Origin: Antedon mediterranea
Taxonomy: Eukaryota > Animalia > Echinodermata
Direction of reading: 5' to 3'
NCBI RefSeq assembly: GCF_964355755.1
Contig: NC_092679.1
Span: 15,111,432-15,175,431 of the forward strand
Length of the DNA stretch: 64,000 nucleotides
This document shows, piece by piece, positions 11,630 to 23,150 of the stretch. The notes below the pieces were generated by a model. The model had not been told where the DNA came from, made no database searches, and worked only from the letters and a program-made list of their open reading frames with translations. Numbering within the stretch: position 1 is the stretch's first letter; each line of letters begins with the position of its first letter. Made by a program: the position numbers and the translations under genes.

Positions 11630-13503
11630 TTTCTATGTTACTGAGAAAATGTATGAAATGTGGAAATATAGCACTGAGATCAGGTATTAGAAGCCAGGTA
11701 TGGTAGGACTCACTATCTATTTTCATTTAATGATTAAAAAGAATTAAATAATGTCAAGATTGTGTTGTCTTGTTTATCAAGTAATAAAACATGCCAACCA
11801 AGATCACCTAATATTTTCAAGTGTTTCGTTGAAAAAATATCTATGGTTTCCTGTGACATATTGTAGCAGTAATGTATATAGATTCAACAATTCTGTCCTG
11901 GTTAGACAAACACTTTGGGTGGCTGGTCAAATACTGGAGACTTGACCAGGCTCTCAATTGTCTGGCTATGGAACTCATCCCCAGCTGACCTATCACTCTG
12001 ATTTACACAGGATTAGGAAATGCGTTAATATGGAGCAAAATCATGGGTATATTGATCGAATCATAGACCCTGCAAATAGTATTCTGTATACGTTATTATT
12101 ACGATCGTAATGGTTGGTAATAAAGCTCGTTACGTGATGGATTATATTTTAATGACTATGAGTTTATTTTGGATACAGTATCATTATATGAATGTTTGTT
12201 TATTGTGGTTGGCTATACACAATTGTGAAATGACTGTTCTTAAAGAAATAATAACTCATCTGAACGTAGCTGGATGAAAGGCGAAGAGTTTGTGTAACAG
12301 AACATTAATTAAAAAAGGTCACCAATATTGCATGGTCTAGCCTTCAACACTGATTAATTGAAAACAAGTTTTTTTTCTGAACATTACTACTGTAGGTGTG
12401 TTTTAAAATAAATAATAAATGTTTTTTATTCATGGGAGAATATGGTTTTTTCATGAGTTAAAAGTCTATATTAATTCTGTTTCATCAAAAGTCAATCTTT
12501 CAACTAATGAAAATTTTCTCTTTATTTCTCCTTGTAAACTTATTCCGTTTTATTTATCTCTGCTCCGCCTTGTTTAATAGAACAGTCAATCTTTTAACTC
12601 ATGCAATATTCTCACATTCAACTCATAAGCAAAAATCATTCTACAGTATACAGGTACTTTGTTTAGAAAGTTCCATTTGCAAAACAAAATACAAAAACAT
12701 TAAATATAAACATGTAAATATTACAAAACATTACACTCTGTGTGCTGGCACATAGCCAATGTATCGCAATTGATAATATAGAACCCTGTTTATACTGCAG
12801 TAACTGTACTGTACGTTTGGTATCTAGACTGTCTGGCGGCGGCATCTGTTCAACTATTCAAACATTCCATTTCCGTACTTCCTTTGGGAAGCAGTTGCAT
12901 AACATCTGTGAATCCGGAAGCACCAGGAAAATGTACTTACACCAATCACACAACTGAGACCTGATAGATTGCTACTCCCCAAACTCCGCCCCTGTCATTC
13001 ATTTTTTAATTGACACCATATTTGTTGTCAAAATCTTGTCATTTTTAGCAAATATAATTCTAGATACTGTTACCAAATTTTTCTCTTTTTTCGAAGATAA
13101 GAAAAAATGTTTTCATGAAGGAATATACTTGTTTTCAATAACAGGATAAAATTATGTGAAAAAATAGGATATGATTCCTTATTTAATCCACTCCGGACTG
13201 TATGACTCAAAGGAATGAGGAATTTAAGCCATGGAAAGTATATTTGTTTGAGATACATAGCCGAAGAAAAGGCTATTAATCCAAGTTGTGCGATACATCA
13301 GGGCTGACTTGCTTTGTTTTGGTCATTCACCCATTTTATTCTCACAGTCCCTAATCTCAAATCATGTACGATTACATCATTTTAGGAAAAATGTATGTCA
13401 CTTTATGTTTTACCCAATTTAAATGTAAGAAAATTAATCAACTCGATTTATAAAGTGCATAAATACCTCTGATCTCTGTGCAACGGAACCTCTCGCGTAC
13501 TGT

Positions 13504-13642
13504 TTCTACACTCCTTAAGGATCACGTGAGTGGTCCTTCTACACTCCTTAAGGATCACGTGAGTGGTCCTTCTACACTCCTTAAGGATCACGTGAGTGGT
13601 CCTTCTACACTCCTTAAGGATCACGTGAGTGGTCCTTAAGGA
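13504..13642. repeat. Minisatellite, 33-bp unit, 4 copies
   Basis: TTCTACACTCCTTAAGGATCACGTGAGTGGTCC repeated four times perfectly; this explains the RRTTHVILKEC repeat in ORF 13448-13735. Confidence 0.95.
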
Positions 13643-13841
13643 GAATAAGTATCTAGTGGGAGCAGATACATTGAATAAACTATGTTTTTTAAAAGTAGTG
13701 GAAATCAAAGGCATTTCAAAATTTATTTTATTCATTTTTTTAGAGCTTAGTTAGCTTTTAGAGCTTAAAAACTATTTTAAGAATTCAACAAGAAACAGAA
13801 ACCGAAAACAAGAAGCTATCTCATACACACATAAAGAGTGA

Positions 13842-14150
13842 GGGCGTGTGGCGCTGTGTGTTGGACGTTTGACTACTGATCGTGAGATCGAGGTTCGAAT
13901 CCAAATCTCGTCGCATTGCCTGTATCCTTAGGCAAGTTACTTTACTTACGCTTGCCTCTCCCCACCCAGGTGTATGAATTGGAACCAAGTTAGATCAAGA
14001 CACAATCTTGCGCTGATTACTAGCTGCATTATGGAAGTATGTTTCCATACGTATTTGATCCAAAAAAATGAATGGGGTAATAATGTTCCGCGCTTAGAGG
14101 TTTCACAACATTAAGCGCTATGTAAATCCAGGATATTATTATATTATAAT
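13842..14150 (+). mobile_element. Full-length tRNA-derived SINE
   Basis: GGGCGTGTGGCGCTGTGTG A-box head, GGTTCGAATCC B box, central TCCTTAGGCAAGTTACTT...CCACCCAGGTGTA core, L2-like tail AAGCGCTATGTAAAT followed by (TAT)n. Confidence 0.8.
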
Positions 14151-14634
14151 TTGTTGAAGAAGGAGGAGTTCTACTTTATACTGAAAGACACATGATAAAG
14201 TTAACCAATCAAATGGCAAGAATACACTCAGGTGTAGAAACTTCCATATCCTTGCTCAGGTGTCTAACCATTACATTCATGGAAATCATTAGACAATACC
14301 TCTTAAATAACACAATAACTTTACTAAAGACCACATCTTAAGATAAGGTGATAATTCTATTTAGCACATTGATCATAGATCCGTCCTTTTTTTAATGTGG
14401 ATTTAATATTGCATGAAGGCTACTCACGCAACGTACGTGAGGTGAAGGACAGTGAGCATCATAGGTTAAATGATCAAGCCAATTAACCTAAAGATCTTGT
14501 GACAATGCTTTGCCCGGTAATCCCTCTCTATTGTCCAGCTCTGTTTACTAGTAGTACATATTTTTTCTAGGCCTACATGTTCATGGCTCATATTACTTCT
14601 TTGACACCCTCAAGCCCAGGTCTATTTTTATTAA

Positions 14635-15395
14635 GTGACACTGCAGTTTAGTGGTTAACATGCTTGCTTACCCATTCCAGGGTTCTATGTTCAAATCCTT
14701 AACTTTAACACGGTATCTTTATTTGCATAAATCTTCTCTGTTTTACTACAAGTGGCGCTGTAGTTCAGTGCTTAACATGCTTGCTTACCCATTCCAGGTT
14801 CTATGTTCAAATCCTTAACTTTAACACAGTATCTTTATTTGCATAAATCTTCTCTGTTTTACTACAAGTGGCGCTGTAGTTCGGTGCTTAACATGCTTGC
14901 TTACCCATTCCAGGTTCTATGTTCAAATCCTTAACTTTAGCACAGTATCTTTATTTGCATAAATCTAATCTGTTTTACTACAAGTGGCGCTGTAGTTCGG
15001 TGCTTAACATGCTTGCTTACCCATTCCAGGGTTCTATGTTCAAATCCTTAACTTTAACACAGTATCTTTATTTGCATAAATCTTCTCTGTTTTACTACAA
15101 GTGGCGCTGTAGTTCGGTGCTTAACATGCTTGCTTACCCATTCCAGGTTCTATGTTCAAATCCTTAACTTTAACACAGTATCTTTATTTGCATAAATCTT
15201 CTCTGTTTTACTACAAGTGGCGCTGTAGTTCGGTGGTTAACATGCTTGCTTACCCATTCCAGGGTTCTATGTTCAAATCCTTAACTTTAACACAGTATTT
15301 TTATTTGCATAAATCTTCTCTGTTTTTACTACAAGTGGCGCTGTAGTTCGGTGGTTAACATGCTTGCTTACCCATTCCAGGGTTCAAATCTTAAC
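14635..15395 (+). repeat. Tandem array (116-118 bp unit, 6 full + 1 partial) of a tRNA-derived SINE head
   Basis: Units start at 14635, 14752, 14868, 14984, 15101, 15217 and 15335; units carry A-box-like TAGTTCGGTG(G/C), B-box GTTCAAATCC, ATTTGCAT and a TTTT run. Confidence 0.9.
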
Positions 15396-15533
15396 TTGAC
15401 AAAGTACCTTTCTGTTAGAAATGTTATACATTTAGAGGATTATAAATACTGCATTGTTATTGGATTATTTAAGAAATATGTAAAATACCTTTCACCTTAT
15501 TCATGGGATTTCCCTTTTTGTAATAAAATTGGA

Positions 15534-15720
15534 ATGGAGCTGTAGTTTGGTGGTTAACATCCTTACTTTGAAATCCAAATGGCAGAATTCAACTAGCTGT
15601 GACTGACGCTAGTCTGCTGCACTACCTCAGCCTCAAATGAGACTTTCTTTAGTTTTATGTTTATTGGTTATCCATCCTGTTATGCCAAGTTACTTGCTGT
15701 TAGATGTGTTGAAATAAAAA
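15534..15720 (+). mobile_element. tRNA(Gly-like)-derived SINE, degenerate; same family as 26773-26958
   Basis: TGGAGCTGTAGTTTGGTGGTTAACAT head; shared CAAATGAGACTT, TCCATCC...AGTTACT(T/C)GCTG and TGAAATAAA tail. Confidence 0.7.
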
Positions 15721-15818
15721 TGATTCCAAAAGGAATTATGGTTGAGAATGTCTTGTCGTTTTGTTTGTTAAAATTTTTTCGGAAGACCGCTTGAAAACAC
15801 TCTCAGTGCCATTCCTAA

Positions 15819-15958
15819 AGCTCTGTCTACACTATCAAATTAGTTTGGCAAAAAAGGTATGATGTGCCTAAATATGGTAGTGATATGCCCAAATTTAGTA
15901 GTGATATGACATCATCATGTCCATATATGGGCACATCACATAAAGTTTTACAGAGCTT
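15819..15958. mobile_element. Small MITE (TAA/TTA-flanked, PIF/Harbinger-like)
   Basis: Ends AGCTCTGT...ACAGAGCT; internal inverted GATGTGCC(T/C)A(A/T)ATATGG / CCATATATGGGCACATC. Confidence 0.55.
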
Positions 15959-16051
15959 AAGTTTGAATATTCGTGCATGCAGTAAATATGCGATTAAGTC
16001 CAAGATTATATTTGGATTTCTTTATTTTATTCTCTTTCTTTTTCTAATCAG

Positions 16052-16123
16052 GGTGCCAACCGAAGTCATTCCTACCCAACGCCACCTTCAAATCAACAAG
16101 GCAGACGTTACCATAATAATTAG
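16052..16123 (+). CDS. XRN2: Last coding exon of probable XRN2 (with stop codon)
   Basis: Long pyrimidine tract then CTAATCAG|G acceptor at 16051/16052; phase 0; encodes GANRSHSYPTPPSNQQGRRYHNN-TAG, similar to vertebrate XRN2 GYPREGRKYPLPPPSGRYNWN* as recalled from memory. Confidence 0.75.
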   Translation, partial: GANRSHSYPTPPSNQQGRRYHNN

Positions 16124-16267
16124 TTTGGTAAGGTATGGTGTCTAAAAGTCAAATCATCCTAGCACATGAATTTCTTGGAATGTGGAATTATTTGGAACCT
16201 GGGTTCTTTAGATGTGCTTCTGTTGTAAATCTTGTAATTTAAGTGAAATTGATATAATGTTGTCCAA

Positions 16268-16745
16268 GATGTTGGAAATGAACACCAATTTAAATACAAT
16301 TCTAAGCTCTTCCACTTGGCATAGAGAATTTTCTAATTTGCCTTTTTTTCTTTTTCTTTAGTTTAAGTCGCATGAAAGAGCTTTAATTCTTTTACCACAA
16401 AAACTTTGTTATACAACATATATACCCATGATGTTGAAAGGAGCACCAATTTAATTAGATACTTTTAAGCATCACTCTTTCAAATTGAACAGATCATTTT
16501 CTGATCTCATAATTTGCCTTTTTTTTATGTACAGTTAAAGTAGCACGAAAAATTAAAGAGCTTTAACTTTTTACCACACAAAAACTGTACTGTACTTTAT
16601 CGTCCATAAGTTCAAAGATGTTAAAAGGAGCACCAACTTAATTACACAGAGATTGTTAACCTTAAAAGTCATTTTAACCTTTCAAATTATTTTTAAGCAT
16701 CATTCTTTTATCTATGGCATAGAAATGAGTTGCCTCTTTCTTTTA
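16268..16745. repeat. Three degenerate direct repeats (about 160-190 bp period) in the presumed XRN2 3' UTR
   Basis: GATGTT...(G/A)CACCAA(T/C)TTAA at about 16268, 16429 and 16617, each followed by T(T/C)TAAGC and TTGCCT; the first two also share AAAGAGCTTTAA...TTTTACCACA. Confidence 0.7.
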
Positions 16746-17005
16746 GGCACATTTGGAATAGATAAAGATTTGTATTCTTGTCGAGAATACTGTATTCTTC
16801 TTTGTTACTGCATGATTTTACTTAACTATTCTACTTGTACAGAACACTTCTATCTACTTTAAGACACTTTTTAAGAATTGTATGTTAAGATAATGTATAT
16901 GTAATACAATATTTACCACTTTTTTGAAATTGACGTAATGAATGGAATCGAAAATGAATGTGTATTAATACTTTTTGAGTGGAGGTCTTGGACAGGGCTG
17001 TTTGT

Positions 17006-17168
17006 GGGTTCCCACTATCGACGCAGCGCAACGCAGCGACGTATCGAAGCAAAGTGCTGTATTGCGTAATCAAAAGTGGGATCAGTGCTGCAAACATTGC
17101 AGAAGGGGGAAAACACAATCATTGGATGGGCATTGTCTTGGGTTGAGTTACGTCGCTAGTGGGAACCA
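17006..17168. mobile_element. Palindromic MITE family C (GGTTCCCACTAG termini)
   Basis: GGTTCCCACTA...TAGTGGGAACC TIRs with internal ACGCA(A/G)CGCAA motifs; other copies at 8277-8368, 25626-25781, 28963-29083, 45111-45248 and 45455-45590. Confidence 0.7.
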
Positions 17169-17485
17169 CGTTTTAAAGATACAGTACCGAGTATGCGACT
17201 ACATCACTGCCCACTTCACTTGTCCTGAGGCACGAAATGTTATCTCTAATTGCCTCTCATCACCCAAAACTGGGTACAGGCATAATGTAACGAGTAATCT
17301 TCCAGGGATTTCATTATATTCTCGTCATATATGAGTGCTGTTGAGGAGTTACTCTATCATGGAGAAATTAGCTGAGGTTTATAATAACTAATTCCTCCTT
17401 GGTTTACCTAACTCTATAATCTTTTTTATGATGGTACAATTTTTAAATTGTCCTAAAATGTAATAATGGTATTTATTTTAGAAAT

Positions 17486-17491
17486 AATAAA
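17486..17491 (+). terminator. Candidate polyadenylation signal for the + strand gene
   Basis: AATAAA about 1.36 kb after the stop, followed by T/GT-rich sequence and close to the compositional boundary; weak evidence in AT-rich DNA. Confidence 0.3.
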
Positions 17492-20400
17492 TTATCATAT
17501 AGAAGTACTGTAGTATTTCTAAATGATGTATTTAATTTTTTAATTCAATGCTTTATTGATATTTTATTATTGTTATTCATTATTAGTTTCAGTTGTGTAT
17601 CGGTTTTAATTGATCTAATTATTTGTTATTGATTACTTGTCACCAGTTTATTCCTGTTCATATGATGCGTGTGGCTAATAAAATTTTACGTGTAGGCCTA
17701 AGAATTTTATTCTCGGCTTAAAAACTACATCAGTCTGTGTTTCCTTTTGTATTTTTGAATCCCATCTTTTTATTTCTGCCTCGTCGAAAAACAATTTATT
17801 AGAATGGCCATTTAATTTGGTTTCATTCATCTTTATGTTATTATGGTGACAATACGTCACATATTGAATTCGCTTCCCGATTAAAAAAAAAGTTATCGAT
17901 GTTTCTTAAAATGTTTTATCGCCTGTTAATGATTTTTCTTTTGGAGTTTTTCTACATTTTATAATAGCTTACAATACTGATGATTTTAATTTTCGATTTA
18001 GTTTAATTTCAAAATTTACTTTTTGTTTTTTCGTTTTCTGAAATTATGTACCGTTAGTGCATGTCTCTATTATTTATACTTTATTTAGAAAACTTTAAGA
18101 TTTGATACGCTCTGATAAACATTGATAAAAATAACAACAACGGTTAAAAGAAATGAGTAAAACAGAAAGTTTAAATCGTTAATCATTTGTAATTATCTTT
18201 GAACAATATGTTAAATATAATTTGAGAAAACAGTAAGAAAGCTGCGGTTTAACCCCATTGTGTCTTGATCGGTACATCAAAGTGTAACCAACACATCAGT
18301 ACTTAATAATAAACGGAACGAAATCCAACCATATGATCGAAGATTATTTTTTAAATCCGTTTATTCCGAGATCCTGTATTACTACTATCGGCCTTGTTGG
18401 CTAGTGTGTATACACATGTATGTATATCGGCTAACGGAAGCGTCGTACAATAGGGTTATGACGATTCGTCTTAAGCCCTGTCGTGGGAATACGCTACGAC
18501 ATCATCCCCCCAAAACAGCCCGTTATTAATACATCCATTTATTTAAATCCGTGTTTTTGTTTACGTTCTAATTATATCAAAAAACAATAATTGTATAATT
18601 GTTTACATTTGAACTAAAGCATTTATGGAATGCTCTGTCAAACAATATCATAAAAAATAAAAATAATTTCGACTTTGATACATAATGTATAGACTTGTTG
18701 ATATATAATCTAACATCAGTACCTGTATTAAAAGTGATGAATAAAAAAACTACAGAGGACGCTATATTGTTCGTGTTGCCTTGAAGGATAAAACGAAAAT
18801 GTATAGGCTAATACAGCAGGCTAAATACAAAAAAAATTATCATCATAACAAATCGAAAGGTTCTTGACTTCATATCATTATCATATCATTTATTTCGCCA
18901 ATATACAGTACAGTACAAAGTAAAAAAAAACATTACAAAAGTAAATCAATGAGGCCGGATTACCTAAAAGTTATAGATAAAAATAACCGTCGAGAGGCTC
19001 TCCACATCTAAATACTTACATAAAATGAATAACACACACACACACACAAACATGAATTCCTATAAAATCAACCATATTTGAATGTTTGATAAAAATTAAA
19101 TTAATAAACAATGCATTAATTAAAATCTGAGCACATAGGCCTATAGTTTTAATTTAATTTACGTTCATTACGAAAAAAGAAATGTTCAATAACGAACTAC
19201 ACAAGTGACGAAAACAATTTTAATATGTCTGGTTTTATTCGTAATTTAATAAAATTCGTTTTTTAATAATTAATGAACAAGATTATTATTTTTTATTGAA
19301 TTTTAACGAAAAACTGCCTTTATCCTCACATTCACATTCAAGCTTTACAATATTCAAATTATTAATTTACAAAATTAACTAAAGTATAAAGATATTAACT
19401 CTTTGTTTCGGTTTTCAATGTATTCCACAACTTATAGGCCTACCCGTATATAAATAGTTACGGTCACTCTAAAAAAAATTGCTACAAAGAAAATATTTTA
19501 CAATGCTTTGGCCAAACCTACTGGCCTACATTATTAGTACAATTACTACTCATTTCATTTATGGGTGACAGTGCGTTTATTACGCTTACGGTTATATTTT
19601 ATTCGATGGTACGGATTATACCAAGAGGTAGGCCTACGTTGTTGTGCGGCGATTTCACATAATAACAGGGTTAGATTAGCCTATCAATAACTTTATACCG
19701 TTATACCTTTGACAGAAATAGCAATTATCGGCCGCGGTCGATCATGTGGTTCATTGGTTGATTGAGTATGACAATAGTGAGTTAGTCTATTTGTAGTATT
19801 CCAGAAACACTTGAAATAGTCAGGACAACTAGTTAAATTATCGTCAGATACCATTCATCTTGAGTGGCTACTAATACAAATTGTTCGATTGTTCGGCGGA
19901 CAATGAGGTAACACCTGTGTTATTGATTCATCAGCCTCCTGACAGTTTATAAGCTTATAAGCAAGTAACTGTCTTATTTAAAACCATAATGCTAATTTCT
20001 GAACTTATATATTATATGCTACCGTTTATCAGCGGTGAAAAAACGCATATAACGTCCCAATATCTCGATTGCACGATAGGCAAAGTATACCGTATCCAGT
20101 TTGCCTGGCGAGTATAAAAATACTGTACAACAAAGTACTTTACAACAAAGTATTAATCTAATAATATTATAGTATGAAGACTTAAAATCGTACATGCAAG
20201 TATAATATAACCGATGCCCCCTACCTCTCCAACCCCTAAACTATATTGCGCGCCGTCGACGTCTTGATTGCATTGTACACAGTATTTCTTTCCGCATGAG
20301 GAAAGTTAACTTTTAAAATGAAAGCTTTGATCTAATTCAGTAACATGTCAACGTACTGATGACAACCCCTCCCTCAACTACGATATCTTTAGTAGCACCT

Positions 20401-21800
20401 AATGTTTTAGTTGCATGCCATAGGCAAAATACGTAGTCTAATGTACAAAAAGCATTAATCAACCGAACGAATATCGCGCCCAAAAAAACAAAATCGGTAT
20501 CAAAAACTTTTTTTAAATTAGTTAAAGCCAACGAACTGTTATATTACATCGATCAGGTGTTTTGCGTTGTTTTTTTTTTTGCGAAGATGAGCCCGTTACA
20601 AAATCCGATGATTAGCTTGTCGACATTAATGAAGGTGTGAAAGGTCACACTTTAAAGAATACCTGAATGACTGTGAAGAGGGTCCTTAATGCGGACCTAG
20701 GAACAATTAGGCATTACCCATTAACGAGTTCGCATTCATTCAGTGAAGTTTTCATCAAGGCCTGAACTCTATTGATTTTTGTAAACGATTTGTTCTTATC
20801 TCTGATGACAACTGAATTGTCAAACTAAAAAGTTTATTTAGATGTTTTTATTGAATGGTTTAGCTTAATTATTGTCAGTGTGTATAGACTAATGATTTAG
20901 GTCCTCAAGTAATGCATGTAAATAGTGGCCTTATACCTTTCTCTGTTCATAGGTCTGTAATATCTCTATGATCTGTTCAATGCTTCGCAATTTTAAATCA
21001 TCCCTTTATTTTGTTGACGCAAACTAAGTTAGTATAATCTCTTAAATTTAATTATTATTATGTTTCTGGATACATTCACTCATTCAGATAATTCGGATAA
21101 AAGTACATTATTATAAACATACGTTAGCACGGATTCCGGTCCAGTGACGGTTACAAAAATCGTGAAAAATACGATAGTGTTTAAGGAAGCGTTCAGATTA
21201 ACGAATTCCTCATTCCGCGTATAATGAAAAAACGTAACGTGGCACGAATACTTCGCCGACTACCAGACCGAATTCTAGCTCAATATGAACGTAACTTAAC
21301 AGCAAATATTATATTGATTTTTTTCGTAAATTTTCCCATTCTTTCGTTTTACATTATAGCCTACTATACTATTTAGGCCTATGCAGTATAATACCTTTGG
21401 GCTTAGGAGTTGAAAGAAGGGGCTCGATCTAATATACGCCGAGCTCGATCTGGTCTATAGGTATTTGTGTAATAGGTTAGCCGTGTTAATCATAAATCGT
21501 ACAAGTAAATGAATTATGAACAGACAGATGTATTCATATGCTGGTAGTATAGGCATATTAAACCACCCGGGGTTGTTAATTAACGATGACGGTACACATT
21601 TAAAATACACAAAATAAAAACTTTCGTTTTTAGTATACGTTTTTATATACATTTTCAAAATTGTGTTGTAAATTTAAAACATACATAAAAAATAAATCTA
21701 AATCCAAATATAATCTCTAGCATTGTTATTATCTAAAACAACATACCAGTAAATCATTTATATAGTATTAAGTGAAAATTGGTTTACCGATACACGGGCA

Positions 21801-22005
21801 GTATCAAGTCTTTCGATGTTAAACACCCTACAATATCGTGTCTGCTGACAGAAATCTTCATCCCACGCGGGGTACTGTACAATATAGTGAGAGATTATTT
21901 AGAGGGTTAGGTTAGGAATTCTAAGGGGTATATGTTCTAAACATGAGCTTGTTACCGTGAGCAGACGCGATACAGCAGGGTGTTTAACGTCACTAAACTA
22001 GATAC
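21801..22005. mobile_element. MITE with about 55-bp imperfect TIRs and an internal telomere-like tract
   Basis: Left GTATCAAGT...GTTAAACACCCTACAATATCGTGTCTGCT, right AGCAGACGCGATACAGCAGGGTGTTTAAC...ACTAGATAC; AGGGTTAGGTTAGG at about 21903-21916. Confidence 0.7.
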
Positions 22006-22864
22006 CGTATAAGAACAACATAGCGCATAGGAATAAATAAGAGTTTATAAAAAAAAATAATGATAATAAATTAATGACTAATTAATATAATTTCACCAGG
22101 TGTTTATGGTATAATCTAGGATTAGGGACATAACGGATATGTTACTATTATCAACTTTAAATAGTACAAATACTAGGCTACTTAAACCAGTATCTTGGTC
22201 ATAACCACAATGCTTGTCTGTCAACCGTTGTATACTCATCGTCTTTTCCTTGGCAGGCTTATGTCGTCTACACATATCAAGGTCCTTGTAATGTGTCCTG
22301 GAATACCGAATGTTGTTAGATTTTTCGATAGTATACAATTTAAATAGGCCTAGCGCACACATTCGCAACAGTTTTCTTCCAGTTTCAGATATTATTTTTT
22401 CGAACGATTTTAGATTCAACATTTTCTTATTGTTATTTTAAAATATATTTTAGAAAAAATGTAGCCCTAATTAACAAATATATCATAACGTAAGATATAC
22501 AAAAGTACAAAAAAAGTCCATCATTATGCTTCTATGAAAAACGATTCATTTAAGCTTAAAATATACAAAAAAATGTATTGAGCTGCTATAAAAAAGACAA
22601 CATGATAACAAGAGAGATTTACAATCAATGTAGGCATAAAATGTAGGCAATAAAAAAATCAAAGTACAAAAACTAGTAAACAATAAGGCCTAAATATTTA
22701 TTAAAACAATCAAAACATAATTAAATGAAACAAATTTGAACGTTTCATTTATTTCTATTGTATAGCCTGCCTATAAAATGATTTCTGTTATAAAGAATCA
22801 TCGCAATCACTTATCATCACTTATTGGTATAGGCCTAAGATTATTTTTTCTTGAATATTGCCGA

Positions 22865-23150
22865 TTAAAGATATAGGCGAATTGTCCTCCTGAACAAATG
22901 TTAACTTTTTATGTCGCATAAAAGTTATCCATTTTGACCAAAAATTGGATAAAAACAAATTGTTTTTCGAAAACACTGTAATTTAACGCAAAAATAGTCG
23001 AATGTGACTGGAATACATTTTGTTTATTTTGTTTTGTTATAAATGAAAACATTATTTGTAAAATGTTTCTGTACGGAAGTGATTCACTTGATTGAAACTA
23101 ATACTACTACATATTTAAAGTATTTTTTTAAAATCTTTATTTTTAATGTT
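22865..23150 (+). mobile_element. Dispersed MITE-like repeat family B, copy 2
   Basis: TTAAAGATATA start; TTTTGACCAAAAATTGGAT...CTGTAATTTAA...GAAAACATTATTT...CGGAAGTGATT. Confidence 0.6.

Noticed and set aside
13842-13915. Functional tRNA gene
   Set aside because: No proper acceptor stem, and it continues into a SINE core and tail.
13448-15545. ORFs with repeated peptides (RRTTHVILKEC; MFKSLTLTQYLYLHKS)
   Set aside because: Translations of tandem DNA repeats; unit lengths of 116-118 bp shift the frame, and there is no splice or homology support.
22180-22400. 109-aa ORF / possible reverse-transcriptase remnant (LTTFGIPGHITR...VDD in another frame)
   Set aside because: Too short and degenerate to support either a gene or a confident LINE call.
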